DNA of 64,000 bases. It comes from Thermoanaerobaculia bacterium. GTDB taxonomy: Bacteria > Acidobacteriota > Thermoanaerobaculia > UBA5066. Position numbers and translations under genes: made by a program. A model generated the notes under the pieces. The model searched no databases and had not been told where the DNA came from. It saw only the letters and a list, made by a program, of their open reading frames with translations. The stretch covers positions 275,217-339,216 of the forward strand of contig CAWGCY010000006.1 in NCBI GenBank assembly GCA_963821225.1, written 5' to 3'. This document shows positions 38,662 to 48,102 of this stretch, in pieces (position 1 is the stretch's first letter; the number at the start of each line of letters is the position of its first letter).

Positions 38662-38776
38662 GCCGGGAAGATACGTGGCCGGGACGCCGGAAGCCAACTT
38701 AGGTGTCCGAGGCCGACGAAGAAGGCGCCCTCAGCGTGCTAGCATCTTGGTGTTTCGAGGTCACCACGGAGCTCCG

Positions 38777-41410
38777 ATGCCTCGGCGGACGGGAGGCCTC
38801 AGGGGAGCGTTTTCCAGCGTGTCGAGGGAAGAGGAACAGCCACCGCTCGATCCGGATGTTCGCGAGGCGCTCTTCGAGCTCCAACGCTACCTTTCCGACA
38901 CGCTGGCGCCGCTCATGGTCGCCGACGCGGTCAATCTTCTGCTCGACTATCCGGCCGATCTCGCGGTGAACGAGATCCAGGCCTGGACGACCGCGCAGTT
39001 CAGGAGCGCGAAGCCGGTGCCGGTCTCGGACTACCTCTATCACGCACTGGAAAAGCTGCACGCCATGGGGCAATACCAGCTCGTGCCGAAGGATGCGCTC
39101 CAGCGATACCTCGACGACCTGAAGCCTCTCGTCCTCGAGCTATGCCCGGCTGCCGACCGCGAACTTCTCGCCCAGAACCTCAATCGGCTCGGCAGTACGG
39201 AGAGCATTCTCTCGGCCCCTGTGGAGTTCCTGAGGCGGCAAGGGGGCCTCGCGGGCGCCGACAGCCTCTCGGCGAGCGGCCCGAGAGGCGAGGGAGGCTT
39301 TCCCGAAGGCTCCTCGCACTTGCGCGAGCTCTCGCTTCTCATCGACCGCCTCGGCCCCATCCTCGCGGCGGGCGGCGCTGCCGCACCCGCGGCGCGGGGT
39401 GAGGCGGGTGGGGGCCATGGCGCGAGCGCGGCGGCGGTGGCGCGAGGCGCGGCGGCTGCAACCGGCGCCGCCCTCGTGGGAGGGGCAGCCGCGGCGGCTC
39501 TGCCCGGGGCAAGCGCGGAGCGACGCGACGTCCTTCTGTCGCAGATCCTCTCGGTGGCGGCGATGGCGGCCCGAACCGACCTCGAGCTCCGCGCCGCCCT
39601 CGACAAGCTTCGAAGCATCGGAGTCGACGTACCGACAGCCGAGGTCTTTCGGGCGCTCGGCCGTTCGGTTCCCCCCTGGTCCGTCTCGGCGCCCTCGGCA
39701 CCCCTCGAGCAGGCTCTCATGGCCGCGAAGGGGGCACCGACGGCGGCGATGCGCCGCGTCGTCACCCTGCCCGAGAATCCCGAAGAGGTCGGCCGCCGTT
39801 TCAGCGAGATGGTGACCGCCGCCGTCGAGCAGCTCAACCAGGGCTCCCTCTCGCGGGCGGCGCGGATGTTCGCCGTCGCCGACAAGCTGGTTGCCGAGAA
39901 TCGGGTCGATTCCGTCCTGGCCGAGAGCGCGCGCCGGCGGGCGCAGGAAAGCGTGGACCTCGAGCACGTCCGCTCGCTCGGCGAGGATTCCCGGAATCAC
40001 GAGCCCCTCGCCCGGATCCTGTCGTTTTTTCCGGCCCTGAGGGCGCCCGCGCTCATCGACGAGCTGCACGTCGAGGAGAAGCGCGAGCGCCGGCGTCTGC
40101 TCCTTTCGCTTCTCGAAATTCACGGCCCGGAAGCCCGCGCGACCGCGCTCGGCCTCCTGGCGGGGTCGCTGGCGGGCGAGCCCGCGCAAGACTGGCACTT
40201 CAAGCGCAATCTGCTCTATCTGCTGCGTCGCATTCCGCGCGCGGGGGAGGAGCCGACCAGCGCGGAGCTCGACGTCCTCATCTCCTTCGCGGAGCCTTCG
40301 CTGCCTCCGCCCCTCGTGAAGGAGGCGATCGCGGGGCTCGGTGTCGCCCGGCACGAGAGGTCCGAGGCGGCGCTCGTCTCGATCGTCCAGGGGCTCGAGT
40401 CGATGCTCGCCAAGAGAGGCGACGCCCCGTTCGACGAGGCGGAGCTGCAGCCGCTCCTCGATCGCGCAGTCTCGGCGCTCGCCCGGTTCGGAAGCGGCAC
40501 CGCGCGGCGGGTGGTCGTGGAGCACGGGCTGCGCCGAAAAGGGGGCCTCGGAGACGCGCGGGCGCGCCTGACGGAGCTCGCGGGGCAGGATCTCTCCGAC
40601 GACGCCGACCTCGTGGCCGTCCTCCTCAGGGGGCTGAAGGCCGAGCTGCCGTTCAAGGTGTTCGGCCTCACCCTCAAAAAGCGTGACGACAAGATCGGCC
40701 CGATCATCGACGCCCTTTCCTCGACGCCGCTGCCTCAGGTGAGGAGCGCGTTCGAGGACATCGTCGAGCGCCATCCGGGGACGGAGTTCGCGAAAACAGC
40801 GGCGCGCGCGCTCACGGCCTTCGACGCGCCCAAGGCCGACGAGAGCGCGGGGGCTGCGAGCCTTTCGGGCGATCTCGCGATCTTCGAGCTGCCCTCCCTT
40901 CTCCAGAGCCTCGCGGCCTCGGAGGTGACGGGAACGCTGACGCTTCGAAACGCATCCGGTTCCGTCATGGGCCGCCTGCTCGTCGAATCCGGCCGGATCC
41001 GAACGGCCGAAAGCGGAGCTTTGCGCGGAGACGAGGCGTGCTACCAGCTCTTCGAGCGGCCCGGTGGGGCGACGTTCGCGTTCGTCAGGCAGACCGGCCT
41101 CGCGCCCCGGGCCGAAGGAGAGCCGCCGCTCCGGGAGGTCGTCTCCATCCTCCTCGAAGGCATGCGCCGTTACGACGAGCTCCAGCGCTGTGCGGCGCTC
41201 GTGCCGGACAACGCGGTCTTCAAGCCGACCAGCTCGAAACCCTCGACCGAGCCTGAAGAGCCCGACCCCGGTTTCCAGCAGTCGGTCTACTCGAAGGCGG
41301 TTTCAGGGCTCAATGCGCAGGCCATCGAGGCCGCGGTCGTGACCGACTCGTTCCGCGTCCGGAGATTGCTCGCGCGGTGGGTCGAGGACGGAAGCCTGAA
41401 GGTGGCCTGA
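38777..41410 (+). CDS. Large (877 aa) helical-repeat protein with Ala/Gly-rich disordered segment and C-terminal DUF4388 domain
   Basis: C-terminal LSGDLAIFELPSLLQSLAASEVTGTLTLRNASGSVMGRLLVESGRIRTAESGALRGDEACYQLF matches the DUF4388 pattern. ATG at 38777 with a GGAG RBS. The ORF-track start at 38660 overlaps the ligD start. Confidence 0.6.
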   Translation: MPRRTGGLRGAFSSVSREEEQPPLDPDVREALFELQRYLSDTLAPLMVADAVNLLLDYPADLAVNEIQAWTTAQFRSAKPVPVSDYLYHALEKLHAMGQYQLVPKDALQRYLDDLKPLVLELCPAADRELLAQNLNRLGSTESILSAPVEFLRRQGGLAGADSLSASGPRGEGGFPEGSSHLRELSLLIDRLGPILAAGGAAAPAARGEAGGGHGASAAAVARGAAAATGAALVGGAAAAALPGASAERRDVLLSQILSVAAMAARTDLELRAALDKLRSIGVDVPTAEVFRALGRSVPPWSVSAPSAPLEQALMAAKGAPTAAMRRVVTLPENPEEVGRRFSEMVTAAVEQLNQGSLSRAARMFAVADKLVAENRVDSVLAESARRRAQESVDLEHVRSLGEDSRNHEPLARILSFFPALRAPALIDELHVEEKRERRRLLLSLLEIHGPEARATALGLLAGSLAGEPAQDWHFKRNLLYLLRRIPRAGEEPTSAELDVLISFAEPSLPPPLVKEAIAGLGVARHERSEAALVSIVQGLESMLAKRGDAPFDEAELQPLLDRAVSALARFGSGTARRVVVEHGLRRKGGLGDARARLTELAGQDLSDDADLVAVLLRGLKAELPFKVFGLTLKKRDDKIGPIIDALSSTPLPQVRSAFEDIVERHPGTEFAKTAARALTAFDAPKADESAGAASLSGDLAIFELPSLLQSLAASEVTGTLTLRNASGSVMGRLLVESGRIRTAESGALRGDEACYQLFERPGGATFAFVRQTGLAPRAEGEPPLREVVSILLEGMRRYDELQRCAALVPDNAVFKPTSSKPSTEPEEPDPGFQQSVYSKAVSGLNAQAIEAAVVTDSFRVRRLLARWVEDGSLKVA

Positions 41411-41424
41411 GCTCCGGGGCTCAC

Positions 41425-41445
41425 GCGGGGCGCACGGCGCCCCGC
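41425..41445. terminator. Bidirectional GC hairpin GCGGGGCGC-acg-GCGCCCCGC between convergent genes
   Basis: Perfect 9-bp inverted repeat. It lies 15 nt after the 41410 stop and 20 nt after the porin stop at 41466. Confidence 0.4.
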
Positions 41446-41465
41446 GGAGCCACGCGGAGAGGGAT

Positions 41466-42605
41466 TCAGAAGTAGAAGACCTGGACCTGGACCGTGTACT
41501 GGTTCGTCGAGGCCACGTTCCTGTTGTCCGGGGCTTCGGTGCGCGTGAACCCGGCCTTGATGTTGAAGTTATAGCCGTAGGGGTACCAGCCTACGCCCCC
41601 CTGGTACTTATTCCTGTTGAGGCCCTTGTTCACGTCGTCCGAGTACTTCAGCTGCTCGTAGCGGATGAACGGCATGATCTTGGGTCCGCCCATGTAGAAC
41701 CCGGCTTCGGCGTACAGGTCGTCCTGCTTGAAGAGCGCCGCCGTGTTGAAGGTGACGCCGCCATCGTAGTGGATGTAGTCGGCTTGCACCGTGATGCCGT
41801 TGCCCGCTCCGACGGGATAGTCGAAGAAGGCGTCGCCGGCGTACGCGATGTAATCGCTCTGCGCGTCGATGCCCGCCCCGATCGCGAGAATCTTCTTCTT
41901 GCCGAGGTACGTGCCCGGGTAGAACGGGCCCACCTCGACGTCGAACACGTTGTACTGGAGACGCCCGGCGTACCGGAACGAGTTTTTCACCCCGGGAGCG
42001 CGGAAGCCGGAATAGACGCCCGCGCGGTACTCGAGGTGGTTGTCCGCGAGGTAGCCCTTCGCCTGGAATCCGGTATCGCGTCCGACGGAGGACTGCGTCG
42101 AAGCGCTTTCCTGGAACGACCAGGTTCCGTAATCCATCGTGAGCAGGTTCACGGCGCTCGAGTTGCAGTTGCGGCAGAGCGGAATGAGGATGAGGCCGCC
42201 GTCGATCCGGAACTCGTTCGCGATCGCCCACTCCACGAACGCGTCCTGGACGATGAAGCCCGTGCCCGGCGCCTTGCCGCCGGCACCGCCCGCAACGGTC
42301 TGCGTGGACTTTCCGAGGTTCGGGTTGTCGGTCATGAAGAAGAACGTGACGTTCTTCGCGACCTGCCCGCCGAGGAAGAACCTGGCCCGGCGCAGGAACA
42401 GGTTCTGCTGGAAGCCGGCCGTATCCCCCGTGGCAGTGGACTGGCCGGTCCAGTCGGCCCACGCCTGAAGCAGGATGCCGAGCTTGAAGTTAACGGTATC
42501 GTTGACCTTGATGACGGCCTGAGCATTCGCGACTGCTGGCAACAGCGCGATGAGCAGGGCAAGGGAAACGAGGGCGAATCGATTCGAACGAATCTTTGAA
42601 CGCAC
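41466..42605 (-). CDS. Outer-membrane beta-barrel porin (phosphate-selective porin O/P-like)
   Basis: Signal peptide FALVSLALLIALLPAVANA. The composition is beta-strand rich and the C-terminus is ...YTVQVQVFYF. GTG start at 42605 preceded by GAAGGAGGAAG. Confidence 0.75.
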   Translation of the reverse strand: MRSKIRSNRFALVSLALLIALLPAVANAQAVIKVNDTVNFKLGILLQAWADWTGQSTATGDTAGFQQNLFLRRARFFLGGQVAKNVTFFFMTDNPNLGKSTQTVAGGAGGKAPGTGFIVQDAFVEWAIANEFRIDGGLILIPLCRNCNSSAVNLLTMDYGTWSFQESASTQSSVGRDTGFQAKGYLADNHLEYRAGVYSGFRAPGVKNSFRYAGRLQYNVFDVEVGPFYPGTYLGKKKILAIGAGIDAQSDYIAYAGDAFFDYPVGAGNGITVQADYIHYDGGVTFNTAALFKQDDLYAEAGFYMGGPKIMPFIRYEQLKYSDDVNKGLNRNKYQGGVGWYPYGYNFNIKAGFTRTEAPDNRNVASTNQYTVQVQVFYF

Positions 42606-42875
42606 ACCTTCCTCCTTCAAGTCAGCACGCCGATGAGCGGCACGGCTGGAGCGCATCTATGGTGAAAACGATAGACATCTAATGGTTTCCACGTCAACAG
42701 GAATCTTCCGCTCGAGGCTGATGCATCTGCATTAACACAGGGCCAGTATTTCGCTTGACATGGAACGCCAGAGTGAAAGACTCGCGCCCAGTCTTGTTTG
42801 CCATGAATTCAGGATTTGGAGTCCGCTTCGCGCGATGGCGCAGCGGCGGCCCGGCCACTTCCGAGGCGCGGCCGC

Positions 42876-42896
42876 ACTCCCGGAAATCCCGGGAGT
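42876..42896. promoter_or_regulatory. 21-bp palindrome ACTCCCGG-aaatc-CCGGGAGT upstream of the MFS/CoA-transferase cluster
   Basis: Perfect 8-bp arms, about 130 nt upstream of the MFS start. It lies in a 420-nt divergent intergenic region of locally lower GC. Confidence 0.35.
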
Positions 42897-43025
42897 CTTC
42901 TCCCATCTCTGCGTTAACGCGGTACAAATGACTGGATCGAACTGAAAAAGGAGACTTAAGACCAGGTCGTCGTCGTTCCCCAGTTTTCTGGAACGCCATG
43001 AACCGAAAGGAAGGGAGGCTCTAAT

Positions 43026-44288
43026 ATGTCAAGTTCTGCTGGAACCGCGGGGGCCGCTGCCGTGGATGTCGGGTTGAATCGATGGTGGCGCGTGGTAGGC
43101 GGGCTTCTGATGAATCTGGCTCTGGGCTCGCTCTACGCCTGGAGCGTCTTCGTGGCGCCTCTGGAGAAGGAATTCGGCTGGAAGCGAGCGGACACGTCCG
43201 AGGTGTTCACGTGGGCCGTCGTCGTATTTGCCATCGCCTTCATCGTCGCCGGACGCCTCCAGGACAAGCTGGGTCCCTTCATGGTCTCGATGATCGGCTG
43301 CATCCTCCTGACGGCGGGCTTCATCCTGTGCATGTGGACGAGCAGCCTGACGTACCTGATCATCTGCTTCGGAATCCTCGTCGGTATCGGTAACGGATTC
43401 GGCTACGCGACGCCGATCCCGGTCATGTCGAAATGGTTCCCGGACAAGCGCGGCCTGGCCGTCGGCCTGGCCGTTGCCGGCTACGGCGGCGGCTCGGCGA
43501 TCTTCGGGCCGCTCGCGAACCTCTGGCTGATCCCGACGTACGGGTGGCGCGCCACGTTCGCCATCCTCGGCGTCATCTTCTTCGTGATGACCCTCGTCGG
43601 AGCGTTCCTGCTGAAGAACCCTCCCGCCGGGTACACGGTGTCGGGCTGGGTGCCGGCGTCGAAACCGAAGTCCCTGGCGACGACCTACGAGTTCACGCCC
43701 GGCGAGATGTGGAAAACCCCGCCGGCCTATTTCATGTGGATCGCCTACTGCCTGGGCTGCGCCGCCGGCCTCATGGTCATCAGCCAGCTGATCCCGTTCG
43801 CCAAGAGCGTGGGGATTCCCGGGTCGGCTCTCCCCGTCATCGGACTCGTCATCGGCGCGGCGGGCAATGCCTCTGGCCGAATCCTGTCGGGCTGGATGTC
43901 CGACGCGATGGGACGCCTCAACGTCCTGCGTTTGATGATCGGCATCTCGGCCGTCTCCATGCCCATCCTCTACCTCACCGGCAGCAACGTCGCGATGCTC
44001 TACATCATGGTGTTCATCGTCTACTGGTGCTACGGCACGCAGCTTTCGGTGAACGCCTCCACGACCGCCGACTTCTGGGGCACGAAGAACGTCGGCATCA
44101 ACTACGGAATACTGTTCACCGCCTGGGGCGTCGCGGGCTTCATCGGACCGAGGATCGGCGGCGTGCTCTTCGACAAGTACAAGAACTACCAGGCAGCTTT
44201 CTACACGGCCGCTGCGCTGGCGGTGGTCGCGCTCATCGCTGAGTTCCTGGCGCGGCGGCCGTCGCCGCCGACGGCGGCGCGCGCGTAG
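43026..44288 (+). CDS. MFS transporter, oxalate/formate antiporter (OFA) family
   Basis: 420 aa with 12 TM helices. LMNLALGSLYAWSVFVAPLEKEFGW...GIGNGFGYATPIPVMSKWFPDKRGLAVGLAVAGYGGGSAIFGPL is typical of the OFA/OxlT-like subfamily. GGAAGGGAGG RBS. Confidence 0.85.
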   Translation: MSSSAGTAGAAAVDVGLNRWWRVVGGLLMNLALGSLYAWSVFVAPLEKEFGWKRADTSEVFTWAVVVFAIAFIVAGRLQDKLGPFMVSMIGCILLTAGFILCMWTSSLTYLIICFGILVGIGNGFGYATPIPVMSKWFPDKRGLAVGLAVAGYGGGSAIFGPLANLWLIPTYGWRATFAILGVIFFVMTLVGAFLLKNPPAGYTVSGWVPASKPKSLATTYEFTPGEMWKTPPAYFMWIAYCLGCAAGLMVISQLIPFAKSVGIPGSALPVIGLVIGAAGNASGRILSGWMSDAMGRLNVLRLMIGISAVSMPILYLTGSNVAMLYIMVFIVYWCYGTQLSVNASTTADFWGTKNVGINYGILFTAWGVAGFIGPRIGGVLFDKYKNYQAAFYTAAALAVVALIAEFLARRPSPPTAARA

Positions 44289-44340
44289 CGGACGCAGATC
44301 GTGACACGGAACCCTTTTCGATAACGGACAGGAGAAGAGA

Positions 44341-45756
44341 ATGGCAGACACGACGTTTCCCAAACACAAGGTCCTGCCTTGGCCGGCGGTCCCGATCCCG
44401 ACACCCGACGAGGTCTACGCTGGCCTCACGGACCAGGCCAAGGAATATCCCCTCTCGCTCGAGAAGCAACTCAGGCAGAGCGAGAACTTCAAGAAGCCCG
44501 AGAACCTGACGACGGTTCGGGTCCTCGATCTGACCAAAGGGATGATCATCGGCAACTGGGCCTCCTCGATGCTTTCCGAGCTGGGCTCCGACACCATCAA
44601 GTGCGAGCCGCCCGACGGCGACCCGCTGCGGTGGCAGACGCCGTTCGGGCGCAAGGAGTACATGATCAAGGACGCCGAGACCGGCGAGCCGATCGGCCTC
44701 CACTTCCTCCACGAGATGAGGAACAAGCAGTCCATCACTCTCAATCTCGAGAAGCCGGAGGGCCGCGAGCTTCTCAAGAAGCTCGCCGTCCACGTCGACG
44801 TCCTGATCGAAAACTACGCGCCGGGGCAATTCGACGCGTGGGGAATCGGCTATCGGCAGCTCAAGGAGATCAACCCGAGGCTCGTCTATTGCTGGGTCGG
44901 GCAGAAGGGCCAGTGGGGCCCGTCCAAGGACAAGCCCGGTAACCTCGACCCGACCGCTCAGGCTTCCTGCGGATTCATCCACGGCACGGGCCTCCCGAAG
45001 GAGTTCGGCGGACGGCCCACCCGCTCGGCCATGTGGATGGCCGACCAGGTCGGCGGGACCACGGCGGCCATCGGGATCCTCGCCGCGCTCCTCTACCGCG
45101 ACAAGGTCTCGGGCAAAGGCCAGTTCGTAGAAGCGACGGCCGCGGAAGCCGTCATTCGCATCCTGGACTACAACTGGGGCTGGTACGGGTTCGACGGGAG
45201 CATCCGCCCCCGCTACGGCAACTGGGACCTGGCCATCAACATCTACGCCGTCAACCCATGCAAGGACGGCTATTTCATGGTAGGCGGCGGACACGATCGC
45301 CTCTGGTACCGGATCTGGCGGACGGTGGGGCAGACGCGTCCCGACCTCGAGGACGAGATTCTCGACGACAAGAGCCTCCGGGTGGTCACGGCGCGGCTTC
45401 CACACCTGAAGCAGGTGAAGACGTACACGGTCCTCGCCGACTGGCAGAAGGATCATTCCCGGGCAGACGCCATGCACCAGCTGCTCGCACAGCAGGTTGC
45501 GTCCGGCGGCGTGAACTACATCGACGAGGTCGCCGAAGACCCGCATTTCAAGTACAGAGGCCACGTCGACGAGTTCGACGACCGGCTCTACGGGAAAGTC
45601 CTCTATGGCACGTCGCCTTTGCTCGAGGACAAGGCTCCCGCGCGCCTGAAATGGATCGGCCGGCCGCTGGGATACGACAACGGAGAGATCTACCTGAAGC
45701 TGCTGGGACTTGGGCCCGCTGAGGTTGCGGGGCTCAAGAAGCGCGGCGTGGTTTAG
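44341..45756 (+). CDS. Family III CoA-transferase (CaiB/BaiF/Frc-like), subunit A
   Basis: 471 aa. RVLDLTKGMIIGNWASSMLSELGSDTIKCEPPDGDPLR...LIENYAPGQFDAWGIGYRQLKEINPRLVYCWVG...D is the family-III signature. Confidence 0.85.
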   Translation: MADTTFPKHKVLPWPAVPIPTPDEVYAGLTDQAKEYPLSLEKQLRQSENFKKPENLTTVRVLDLTKGMIIGNWASSMLSELGSDTIKCEPPDGDPLRWQTPFGRKEYMIKDAETGEPIGLHFLHEMRNKQSITLNLEKPEGRELLKKLAVHVDVLIENYAPGQFDAWGIGYRQLKEINPRLVYCWVGQKGQWGPSKDKPGNLDPTAQASCGFIHGTGLPKEFGGRPTRSAMWMADQVGGTTAAIGILAALLYRDKVSGKGQFVEATAAEAVIRILDYNWGWYGFDGSIRPRYGNWDLAINIYAVNPCKDGYFMVGGGHDRLWYRIWRTVGQTRPDLEDEILDDKSLRVVTARLPHLKQVKTYTVLADWQKDHSRADAMHQLLAQQVASGGVNYIDEVAEDPHFKYRGHVDEFDDRLYGKVLYGTSPLLEDKAPARLKWIGRPLGYDNGEIYLKLLGLGPAEVAGLKKRGVV

Positions 45757-45768
45757 GAGGCAGAAGAG

Positions 45769-47112
45769 ATGGCCACACCCGATTTCGAAACTTACTGTCA
45801 GCAGCTCTTCGACCACAAGACGGCTGCCGGCAAGCCGGAGGTCCTGAAGGGTTATCGCGTTCTTTCGTGCACGCAGTACATCCTCGGTCCTTCCTGCGCG
45901 AGCTATCTGGCCGAGCTGGGAGCCGAGGTCATCAAGATCGAGACGCCGAGGCGCGGCGAGCCGATGCGTCACACGACGCCGTTCAACGAGCCTCTCCTCT
46001 ACCCGCTTTCCCGCTGGGTGCCTGAGGCGGGGACGGGCCTCGGCTTCTTCGGGGCCAACCCGAACGAGGAGTTCATCAGTCTCGACTTCCACCGGCCGGA
46101 GGCGAGGCAAGCCATGTTGGAGCTGGCGGCCAAGTCGGACGTCATGGTCCAGAACTTCCGGCCCGGGACGTTCGACCGGTGGGGGATGGGATATCAGCAC
46201 TTTTCCAAGGTGAACCCCCGCCTCGTCTACCAATGGCTGGGGGGGTTCGGCGGCTGGGGGCCGGGACGCGTGCGTGCCTCCTACGACATCCTGGGCCAGG
46301 CAATGGGCGGCGCCTTCGGGATCACGGGCGAAGCCGCAGACCGGGGCGGGACGCCCTCCAAGCACACGATCTGGCTCGCCGACTACTGGGGCGGCATGAT
46401 GGCCGCGGTCGGCATCCTGGCCGCTCTCTACTATCGCGACACGGTCTCCGGCCAGGGTTGCTTCATCGAGTACTCGCAGGTGCACGGCGTCACGCGGATG
46501 CTCGAGTACGCTCTTCCGCTCTATGGCCGGTTCGGGGTTCGCCGGGAGCGGTGGGGTAACTGGGACACGGAGCTCTGCCCGCACGGGATCGTCCAGTGCG
46601 GCAAGTCGTCCTATCCAGGCTCCAAGAACCCGCAGGAGGCCGAGGTGGGGTACATCCTCGTCTCTGCCCATACGGACGAGGACTTCAAGAAGCTGTGCGG
46701 CGTGATCGGGGCGAAGGACCTCGGGACGTCACTCGCGAAGCACGACGAGCGCGTCAAGGCCGAGAATCAGAGCACCGTCTACGATGCCATCGAGGCCTGG
46801 GCGAAGGACAAAACCAAGGAAGACGTTGCAACCCTCCTCGACAAGGCCGGCCTCAACAACCAGCCCGTTTGGAACGCGAAGGAGGTTTCCGAGCATCCCC
46901 ACTGGAAGCTGCGCGGCGCGGTCCAGTGGATCGACGACCCGATCTACGGCGACCTCCACCATCAGGGTCCGGCCTTCAAGATGTCCGACACGCCTCCGCG
47001 CCTGAAGTGGGCGCTGAAGCCCGTGGGCACCGACAACGAGAGGGTCTACGGCCGGCTTCTCGGGTGGACGAAATCGAAGCTCGCGAAGATGGAAGAGATG
47101 GAGGTGATCTGA
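45769..47112 (+). CDS. Family III CoA-transferase, subunit B (paralog of upstream gene)
   Basis: 447 aa. RVLSCTQYILGPSCASYLAELGAEVIKIETPRRGEPMR...VMVQNFRPGTFDRWGMGYQHFSKVNPRLVYQWLGGFG. The adjacent paralog pair resembles heteromeric BbsEF-type CoA-transferases. Confidence 0.85.
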   Translation: MATPDFETYCQQLFDHKTAAGKPEVLKGYRVLSCTQYILGPSCASYLAELGAEVIKIETPRRGEPMRHTTPFNEPLLYPLSRWVPEAGTGLGFFGANPNEEFISLDFHRPEARQAMLELAAKSDVMVQNFRPGTFDRWGMGYQHFSKVNPRLVYQWLGGFGGWGPGRVRASYDILGQAMGGAFGITGEAADRGGTPSKHTIWLADYWGGMMAAVGILAALYYRDTVSGQGCFIEYSQVHGVTRMLEYALPLYGRFGVRRERWGNWDTELCPHGIVQCGKSSYPGSKNPQEAEVGYILVSAHTDEDFKKLCGVIGAKDLGTSLAKHDERVKAENQSTVYDAIEAWAKDKTKEDVATLLDKAGLNNQPVWNAKEVSEHPHWKLRGAVQWIDDPIYGDLHHQGPAFKMSDTPPRLKWALKPVGTDNERVYGRLLGWTKSKLAKMEEMEVI

Positions 47113-47113
47113 G

Positions 47114-47530
47114 ATGGCCACCGAGTCTGGCGTCATCAAACAGGGCCTGGTGCTCACGTGCGCCAAGTGCTCCACGAAGAACTTCCTCGACCCGTATCCG
47201 TTCTGGAACTTCAGCGGCAATACGAAGTGCGCCGGTTGCGACGCCATTTATGCCGTGACGTTCGTCAAAGGCCAGCAGACGAGCGGGCCGACGGCCGCCA
47301 CGGGGAAAGCCGATCTGCTGCCGGGCTACGCCGAGGACAAGACCGGAGCCGCCATCACCGGGGAAGGGAAGATCCGCCCGGCGCCGCAGGCGCGGCCGGA
47401 TCCTTTCACCGGGCAGCAGAAGCAGATCACGAAGAGCCTCAGGGGCAATCCGGTCAGCGGCAGCCGTCTCAAGAAGGAAGATCTCGTGGGAAGCCGGCCC
47501 AGGTTCATCGTGGACCTGCACAAGGCCTGA
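47114..47530 (+). CDS. Zn-ribbon (CxxC-x17-CxxC) protein with disordered C-terminal tail, 138 aa
   Basis: LVLTCAKCSTKNFLDPYPFWNFSGNTKCAGCDAIYAV. It starts 1 nt after the CoA-transferase stop. GGAGG RBS. Confidence 0.55.
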   Translation: MATESGVIKQGLVLTCAKCSTKNFLDPYPFWNFSGNTKCAGCDAIYAVTFVKGQQTSGPTAATGKADLLPGYAEDKTGAAITGEGKIRPAPQARPDPFTGQQKQITKSLRGNPVSGSRLKKEDLVGSRPRFIVDLHKA

Positions 47531-47546
47531 AGAAGGAGAAACAGCC

Positions 47547-47741
47547 GTGGCAGAGACTGAAAAGAAAAAACAAGAGTCGACCTACAAGTGCTGCGAACAC
47601 TTCGAAGCGGCGCTGGATCCGAACATCCTGAGGGCGTACGTCGGCTACTGCAAAGCGCGCGCGTGGCCCTTCACCGTGATGGTTCCGATCGGCGGGCTGG
47701 AGGGCGAGTGTCCGAAGCCCCCGATCAAGAAGAAGGCCTGA
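47547..47741 (+). CDS. Cys-rich microprotein, 64 aa
   Basis: MAETEKKKQESTYKCCEHFEAALDPNILRAYVGYCKARAWPFTVMVPIGGLEGECPKPPIKKKA. GTG start with an AAGGAG RBS 9 nt upstream. Confidence 0.45.
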   Translation: MAETEKKKQESTYKCCEHFEAALDPNILRAYVGYCKARAWPFTVMVPIGGLEGECPKPPIKKKA

Positions 47742-47758
47742 GACGGCCGGGAACAGGC

Positions 47759-48091
47759 ATGGCGAGCCTCCGAGAGGAGTTCGAGCAGCGGTACGGACGA
47801 CTCTGGTCCGGCGCGTCGTCGCTCGAAATCGGGGGCGTCACCTACGAGCTTGAAGAGGTGATGCACAAGATCGGCTTCGGCTTCGAGGGGCTCAAGCTCA
47901 TCGACGCCCCTCGGGTCGAAGCCGGCCGTTCCGCCATCCGTTTCTTCGACGGCGAGGTTCGGAGCATCGTGTGCCTCGAGCTGGGGGAGGACCTAACGAT
48001 TCTAGAAGAGCATCGGGTCCACATCGCCGAGTGGCTTGGGGACGCCTACTTCGAGACGGAATGGCAGGTTAACTGCCCCATGGATTTCTGA
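47759..48091 (+). CDS. Hypothetical protein, 111 aa
   Basis: MASLREEFEQRYGRLWSGASSLEIGGVTYELEEVMHKIGFGFEGLKLIDAPRVEAGRSAIRFFDGEVRSIVCLELGEDLTILEEHRVHIAEWLGDAYFETEWQVNCPMDF. The composition is protein-like. It lies in an operon context. Confidence 0.5.
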   Translation: MASLREEFEQRYGRLWSGASSLEIGGVTYELEEVMHKIGFGFEGLKLIDAPRVEAGRSAIRFFDGEVRSIVCLELGEDLTILEEHRVHIAEWLGDAYFETEWQVNCPMDF

Positions 48092-48102
48092 GAGGAGACA
48101 GC

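Noticed and set aside
42755-42783. TTGACA -35-like hexamer considered as a sigma70 promoter.
   Set aside because: There is no acceptable -10 (TAnnnT) at 16-19 bp spacing. It is kept only as context for the direct repeat.
42820-42870. GCGATGGCGCAGC...and an upstream CTGATGCATCT reminiscent of fluoride (crcB) riboswitch segments.
   Set aside because: The elements are in the wrong order and spacing for the crcB motif. The downstream gene is not a fluoride exporter.
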